In this document: positions 57,712 through 64,000 of the stretch, piece by piece | How the letters are laid out: every line of letters starts with the position of its first letter | Numbering within the stretch: position 1 is the first letter of the stretch | NCBI GenBank assembly: GCA_051294375.1 | Contig: CM119263.1 | Span: forward strand, 11,058,703 to 11,122,702 | Reading direction: 5' to 3' | DNA length: 64,000 nt | Origin: Paraspadella gotoi | Taxonomy: Eukaryota; Animalia; Chaetognatha | Program-made: the position numbers and the translations under genes | Notes under the pieces: generated by a model | Seen by the model: only the letters and a program-made list of their open reading frames with translations | Told to the model about the DNA's origin: nothing | Databases searched by the model: none

Positions 57712-57813
57712 GACTAAGAGTTGGAGAGAGAGAGAGACACTAGTCTCGCAGAAGGCGCTGTCATTTGTGGAGGCGGCAGGGACCCAGACGGCTTGAACGG
57801 CGCCACGGAATTC
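57712..57813 (-). CDS. Following exon of the minus-strand gene (NSVAPFKPSGSLPPPQMTAPSARLVS...)
   Basis: Acceptor acttcag|, phase 2, matching the 57918 donor. The end is uncertain: an in-frame TAG at 57712-57714 may be a stop or the AG of a very short intron. Confidence 0.4.
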
Positions 57814-57917
57814 CTGAAGTCCATAGAAAGGTAGACGAAGGAAAGAGAGAGATGAACGAGAAAGAACGTGGGCTGTCAGTCGTGAATGATGAATAGATAA
57901 TTAAGAGTTTGTCTTAC

Positions 57918-58038
57918 GCGAAGGGGAAAACATCGTGAATACGAATACGGAATCGCGCCTTGGTCAAAATGCAAGAGTAGCGAGGGGGTACCTCGAATGA
58001 AGCTTGACGGGTATATAAACTCGGTCGTTTGTTTTTGC
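57918..58038 (-). CDS. Exon of an unidentified minus-strand gene (GKNKRPSLYTRQASFEVPPRYSCILTKARFRIRIHDVFPFA)
   Basis: Minus-strand ttttccccag acceptor and GC|gtaaga donor. A 104-nt GT-AG intron (57814-57917) with a ctgac branch-like motif and pyrimidine tract joins it in frame to the exon starting at 57813. Confidence 0.5.
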
Positions 58039-60350
58039 CTGGGGAAAACGGGCAGTGACGATAGTGAAAGAAATCCCAAATTATCTGTTGCCAAAATGAT
58101 AGCAAATAAAAAAAAACTAAAACTAACAAACTCTCCATTAATAATATAATATTATAAAATTTAGATTATCAAAAACCAAAAATTTAATATAAAATAATAA
58201 TAATAATAATAAAAAATGAAAAATATAGAATTTAATACTTATTTCTTAATGAAATATTATGGTTGTAATCCTTTCTTTCATGCGATTTAAATTTAAGACA
58301 ACAAAGTTTTATTGAATTACAAACACGATTTTATTTGTACACATGCGGACATTTTTTGACTCTATTTTTCGAGCCACAAATGTCAAAAGCGCTGATGATG
58401 GCTCAAAAATAGCGTCGAAACATGTCCGCCATATGTACAAATAAAATCGTTGTTTGTAATTCAATAAAAACTTTTTTTCTCTCAATGAATATAAAAAAAT
58501 ATAATACTTAAAATAGTGAAACAAGTAATTTTTGCATTTTCATAATAATCAAATAACGAATTTTGAGAACAAACTAACTCAGCTCGCCGGCTATAAAAGG
58601 CAAAAAAAATTCATTGCGTACAAAGAAAATCTAGTTAAAATGACAAGTTACGCATCAAATCCGACGAAAGGTCGCAAAAGTGAGTATCGCGGAGACGAGT
58701 GAACGTAGAACGACGCTTATCGGGCTAGAAAAATCAAGATGGGCGAGGCTGCCCATCACAAAGGATTAAAGGAGGAAAACGAAAGAGTACTAAAAAAAAA
58801 AAAAATCTGATTGGAGATGAGAAAATTAGTGGATCAGAGGGCGGCGAGTTCAATCGAGAAAAGGCCCGGCGTTGCACGGCGGAAAATGCGTTTGCGAACT
58901 CGGAAGGTAGTTACGTCTCGAGACTTTTGTAGTGGGGCGTGCGGAAGGTTAAGGGCCGTCGGTTGTGTGGACGCGGGAGGATCCGTAGAGGGAGGCAGGA
59001 GGATTGGGATTGAGCGAAAAGATTCGGTCTCGCGCACGCAAGTCTCGTCTCAATTACGCCGCAAGGGACTTGCGCATTAATACGCACATGTGGCAATCAC
59101 ACGCATGAACCTGCGCGGAGTCGGATCAAAGGAAAGAGAAGGACAAACGAATGGCGCCTCAACGTCTTTGGTGCCTCTTGTGAATTTCCGTGAAAGAAGA
59201 AGGAAGATTCGTCGCAGAAATTGGGTGGAACGAATTAAAAATTTTTAAGTAATATATATATATATAATATATAAATTAATATGGTATTATATTAAGCTAA
59301 GTATTTTTCTTCTTAATAAAATATAATTTAAATAAGTAAATAAGATAAATGGAATTTTTATATGATTGTACCCAATTTTCATAAACAAATAAATAAATTA
59401 AAAAAAAAAAATAAATAAATAAATAAATTAAATAATAACAATTAAATAAATTAAAATAAATAAATAAATAAATAAAAAGAACGAATGAGTGAATGTTTAA
59501 AAAGAAAAAAAACAAATGAAAAGTAAAAAGTTTGGAAATTCTGGCACCACGGAACGGGAATTCCCGTTGAAGCGAAACGTCTGCCAATCGAGGTTATCAA
59601 GTTTACTTTTTTTTTTCCATTTTCGAGAGGCGACGATCTTTTTTCCCAGCAACTAACGTGTGGAAATCGTTATTTATTCATTTTTTCCTATAAATAGCCT
59701 TTTATAACAGATTAGACAACAACGAGATCGTTAATTTGGACTTTCCTTATTTCCTTATCCTCTATCCACGTATTTCGTTTTTGCCTTCATTCCTCTTTTC
59801 GTCTCGCCGGACTTTTTTTTTCTTTTTTTTTTTTCCCCCCCCCCCCCCCGGGGCAGTCTTCGCCGGCGGATTCGAGTTATGACTCTCAATGAATTTACAT
59901 ATTCGAACTCCATAATCCCATATTTCCAATTACCGATGGGCGTTCCTGTGAAAAAAATTTGGGATTTAGGCCAAAACCTAATTTTCAATGTGAACACATC
60001 ATTTTTTTTCCTTCGTCCATAAAAAATTGAAACGGAACTTGATGGGCGCGTTCTCGCGTTTGAGAAATTGCAACAAATGAATAGCGACCTCATTGAAGAG
60101 TAAAGCCGTCTTTATTGTTCCCTTGCCCAAAAACCATCGTCGACCATTTGAAACCCCGGATGTAGTAGACGAAGAGGGACGTAAACACCGACATGCGACC
60201 AAGAGACGAAAACCCCGGATGTCTAAGACAAAAAGAGAAGCCAACGGATTGTTTCGAACGTCGACACGAAAAAAACCCCGGATCCACGCTTTTCATCGGC
60301 GCTTAAATCAAGTTATTGTCGTGAATAAACGACAAAGAGGAGTGAGAGTG

Positions 60351-60389
<39 letters not shown>

Positions 60390-60820
60390 AGAGAGGAGAG
60401 AGGAGAGAGAAGAGAGAGAGAGGAGAGAGAACGAGAGAGAAGAGAGAGAGATGGGTGCGGAAAGAGGTGGGGCAAAGGGTTCGAAGAGAGAGAGGAAAGA
60501 TGAGAACAAATAGAGTCAGGATGGGGATTCAAGTTCGAATTAATGAAAACGAGAGAAAAAAAAAGTGCATGAAACCAGACGAAAGATTTAGGAAGATAAA
60601 AAATGTAGGAAAAAAGAAGTTGAAAGCGAAGGTAGGAGAAGGCAAAATAGAGGCTCCTACCTTCGAGAAGAAGATGGAAAAGAAAAAAAAAGAAGTCGAG
60701 GGAGGATGTGAAAAGATCCGGGCCAATAAAGGGCGGGGAAAATGGAAAAACATCGCCCCCTCACCGATGGAAGATCGAGGGAAAATGCGGAAAAGAAAAT
60801 TAAGAAAAAATACGAGGGAA

Positions 60821-60862
60821 TTTATTATTATTTATTATTATTATTATTTATTATTATTATTA

Positions 60863-60899
<37 letters not shown>

Positions 60900-60931
60900 T
60901 ATTATTATTATTATATTATTTTTATCATTAT
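60821..60931. repeat. (TTA)n microsatellite
   Basis: Seen directly in the sequence. Confidence 0.9.
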
Positions 60932-61876
60932 TAGTTGTCGTTTATTACTTTAATGCAGGTGGCGCGAATCCGCTCGCGAGCCGACGCGCTCGAGGGACTA
61001 ATGGCATAATAAGCGGAAAAGACTGTCGAAGGTCAGGTTAAGGACGAAAAGAGAGGAGAGAAATGAAAGAAGAAAAATTAGTGAGAAAGTGAAAAAAATG
61101 GTTGAGGACAAGGTTTCGCTCGATAAAACACTTTGTTACATGTCATATTTAGATTTCTGAAGAAACGTGGAAAAGCCACTGAACTAATTTTTTTTAGGAG
61201 TGGATGGTAGCCAAACTGACCGACCGGACACCGAAAATATTTTAAAGAAAGAAAAACTCGAAAAAAAAATTCCCAGGATTTGAGGGCGGAAAGATTTAAA
61301 ATGACGAAGAGGGAAATATTGAAAAGTGGAATGTGCTATTAAAGGCGGAGGACTACGAGACGCGAACGAGAAAAGATTTTTCGAAAAAAAAGTTTTTTGG
61401 GGAAAGGAAGAAAAAGAAAAGGAAAAAGACGAATAAAAAAGAAAAAGAAAGGAGAAAAGCTGTTGTATTTAGGGATCAGAAACCAATTTTGTTGGGGGTA
61501 AGACAATATTGAAAATGAGTATCAGAGGAAAAGACATGTTTGAGGTGGGGAAAGAATGAAAAGAAAATATAAACATTTGATTGAGGAAAAAAGAGAGAAG
61601 GCGGGGATGATAAAAAAAAAAAGATGGACTCTGAAGAAACGGGAAGAGGAGAAAAAAAAGGAGATAATATAAAAAAAAAGAATTTTAAAAGATGAAGACT
61701 GATAAATGCGCAAAGTGAGAAAATTAAATGAAAAGGAAAAAGAGAGAAATATCCGAGGCAAAAGGGTAGTAGGAAAAGGTCCATCCCACCAAATACTTAC
61801 CTTTTTTACCGGGGAAAAACGAAGAAAGGATCAGGGATGCAGACGAGACGAATCCTATCAGGAGCCGGAAACCCGG

Positions 61877-61935
<59 letters not shown>

Positions 61936-64000
61936 CCTCCTCTCTCTCTCTCTCTCCCGCCCAATTTTCTTTATGTAAAAAAAAAATTTTTCTCGTTTAT
62001 TTTATTCCAGAAGCGAAAAGGATTTTGTGAAACTGAACTTTATCGTCGTTGAATACGGAAATTCGGCGTTGGCATTCGGTTAGCGCGCGGGGGGGGCGCG
62101 TTGACTCGATTTTATGGCGGAGAAAAAAAAAATCGGACCTGACCCTCTTCTGCCCCCCCCGCATTTCGCCCCCCCCCCTCCTACTCTTTTTAGCTTCACA
62201 AAGGCCGCACCCAGCGCACGCGATTTCAATCGAGAGTAAATATTTACTTGCGCGGCGAAAAAAAATCGCGTTGAATTCGTTCTCTTCAGTCTTCATCCTC
62301 TTAAGTTTGGAGAGAAGAAAAAAAAAATGACCCCGAGTCATCGATTTCGTCTTTTGGCTTTGATCACTTCTTTTCCTCTTTTCCTCTTCTCTCTCGTCTC
62401 TGCTCTTTTCAACCTTCTCTGCCTTTTTCTCTTCCTTGTCCTTTTTATTTTTCCTATTTCTATTCCTGTCTCATTTCCTCCTTCTCCTTACCTTTTTCTT
62501 TACTCCTTCTCCTCTTTTTATGCTTCCTTTTTCTCCATTCTCTTTCCTATTTCTTCTACTTCTCGCTTCTCCTTCTCCTTCTCTTCCTTTTTTCTTTGTC
62601 CTTCCTTCTCTTTACCTTTTTCTCTTTCTCTCCTCTTACTTCGCTTCTCTTCGCTCTTTCTTTACTCCTATTGCTCTGCTTTTCTTTCTCTTCCCCTTTT
62701 ACTTCTCAACTTCTCTTCTTTCTCTTTCTCTTCCTCTTCCATCCTTCTTGTTTTCCTCTTTTCACTTTTTCATTCTTAACTTCTTTTTTTGCTTTTTCTT
62801 TCTCATTATTGTTGATATTACTCTTTGCGTCTCGCTTCCAGAAAAAGAAGGAGTTTGAGAAAATAACGGATGCCTCATTTCGTTTTTCCTTTTTTATTCT
62901 GGACGTTTAAGCTTTTATTGCCATCAGGTTTTTCGACATCTTTTTAATCTCCACAGCAGTGACCCACAAAAGCCGGCACAAGTGACTCGGTCATACGACA
63001 TTTCGAGGAAAATCGAGGCGAAGGACGCGACGAGGACGACGTCAAACCAAAACCGAACGGAATCAGTGGTCGTCGGGATTAAGAAGAAAGTTTGAAGGGG
63101 AGAAGCATTGGGTGATGGGGGGGAATAGGGTGGAGGCTAGTGGGTGATGAAAAGATTGAAGTGATTGAACATTATTTTTTGCTTTGCCTATGGACCAAAC
63201 ATAATTAATGAATTTAAAATCCTTTTCAAAATTTTTTAGATAAACAGTATATTGCCAAATTCAATTATATGTAAGTAATATCCTTATTAAAATTGTTAAA
63301 TTTCAAAATATTTTTTTTTTATTTTGAAAAAACTGATTCGGATCGCGCTGTAAAAAACTAAGAAACTTATAAAATATGTTATATGATATTTTAATGTTTA
63401 GATCACAAAAAATGGACTAAATTTAAACCATATTATAAGTTTTTACACAGAGATAAAAAAAATAAGTCAGGAATTTTTATTCTTTTTTTATTTTTAAACC
63501 ATGAAGATGACGGAATTTTGATACATGTTTTATATTTCTTGATTCAACTTTTTATGAAGAATCTGAATCTATTAAAAAGTTTTATAAAAATTATTTTAAA
63601 ATTTACTATTTTTTAAGGATATTACTACAAATATATTATATTTTTGCTTTCGTTCCCGAGATAAATATTGAACGAAATTTTTTTTGGTACTATTAATCAT
63701 ACTATCTCACATCTAAATATTCAAATAAATTTTTGTTTCTTGAGTGCTCCCTCGTAGTGGAGGCGGAAGGGAAAAGGTGGTGGTGAGGAAGGGAAGAAGA
63801 GGGGGTGGAGTGGAAGGAAGAGGGAGAGGAGGTGGAGAGGAAGCGGGAATAGGGTTGAAGGAGAAGGGTAAAAGGAAGGAGGAAGCGGAAGAAGAGGAAT
63901 GAGGAGGAAGCGGTAGAGGATGGAGAGGAAGGGGAAGAGGGGGTGGAGAAAGTGGAAGCAGAGGGGTAGAATGAGGGGAATATGGGGTGGAGAGGCAAGG

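Noticed and set aside
57200-57720. In-frame stops in a protein-like frame as evidence for a variant genetic code
   Set aside because: The 447-codon first exon and the other Ig exons contain no in-frame stops, and stop density here is about what GC-rich non-coding DNA gives.

Overview
Eukaryotic, probably invertebrate-animal, genomic DNA. It has AT-rich introns dense with (GA/CT)n, (GAC)n and (CTTT)n microsatellites, short GC-rich exons, and several N gaps. Most ORFs in the track are microsatellite artefacts. The main feature is one large spliced + strand gene that I rebuilt by hand from splice sites and exon phases: exons 645-1987, 6640-6754, 24179-24400, 36412-~36526, 38487-38696, 46073-46224, 49905-50021 and 52347-52472. 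It encodes a secreted or cell-surface multi-immunoglobulin protein with a signal-like N-terminus, a ~375-aa low-complexity region ending in a furin-type RHRKR site, a V/I-type Ig domain, a CD80/nephrin-like C2 Ig domain and two further divergent Ig-like domains. No transmembrane segment or stop codon was found. Intron 2 appears to be GC-AG and is bounded by an 8-nt direct repeat. The region 9.7-32 kb is three noisy copies of one ~7 kb segment next to 25-N gaps, most likely gap-filling artefacts; one copy carries a 1.8 kb inversion. The introns hold a TA-flanked Tc1/mariner-type MITE, Helentron/DINE-1-like elements and a 70-bp minisatellite. Minus-strand exon-like segments at 53-62 kb are either a nested or convergent gene, or inverted downstream exons of the Ig gene. 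No tRNA, rRNA or CRISPR array was seen.
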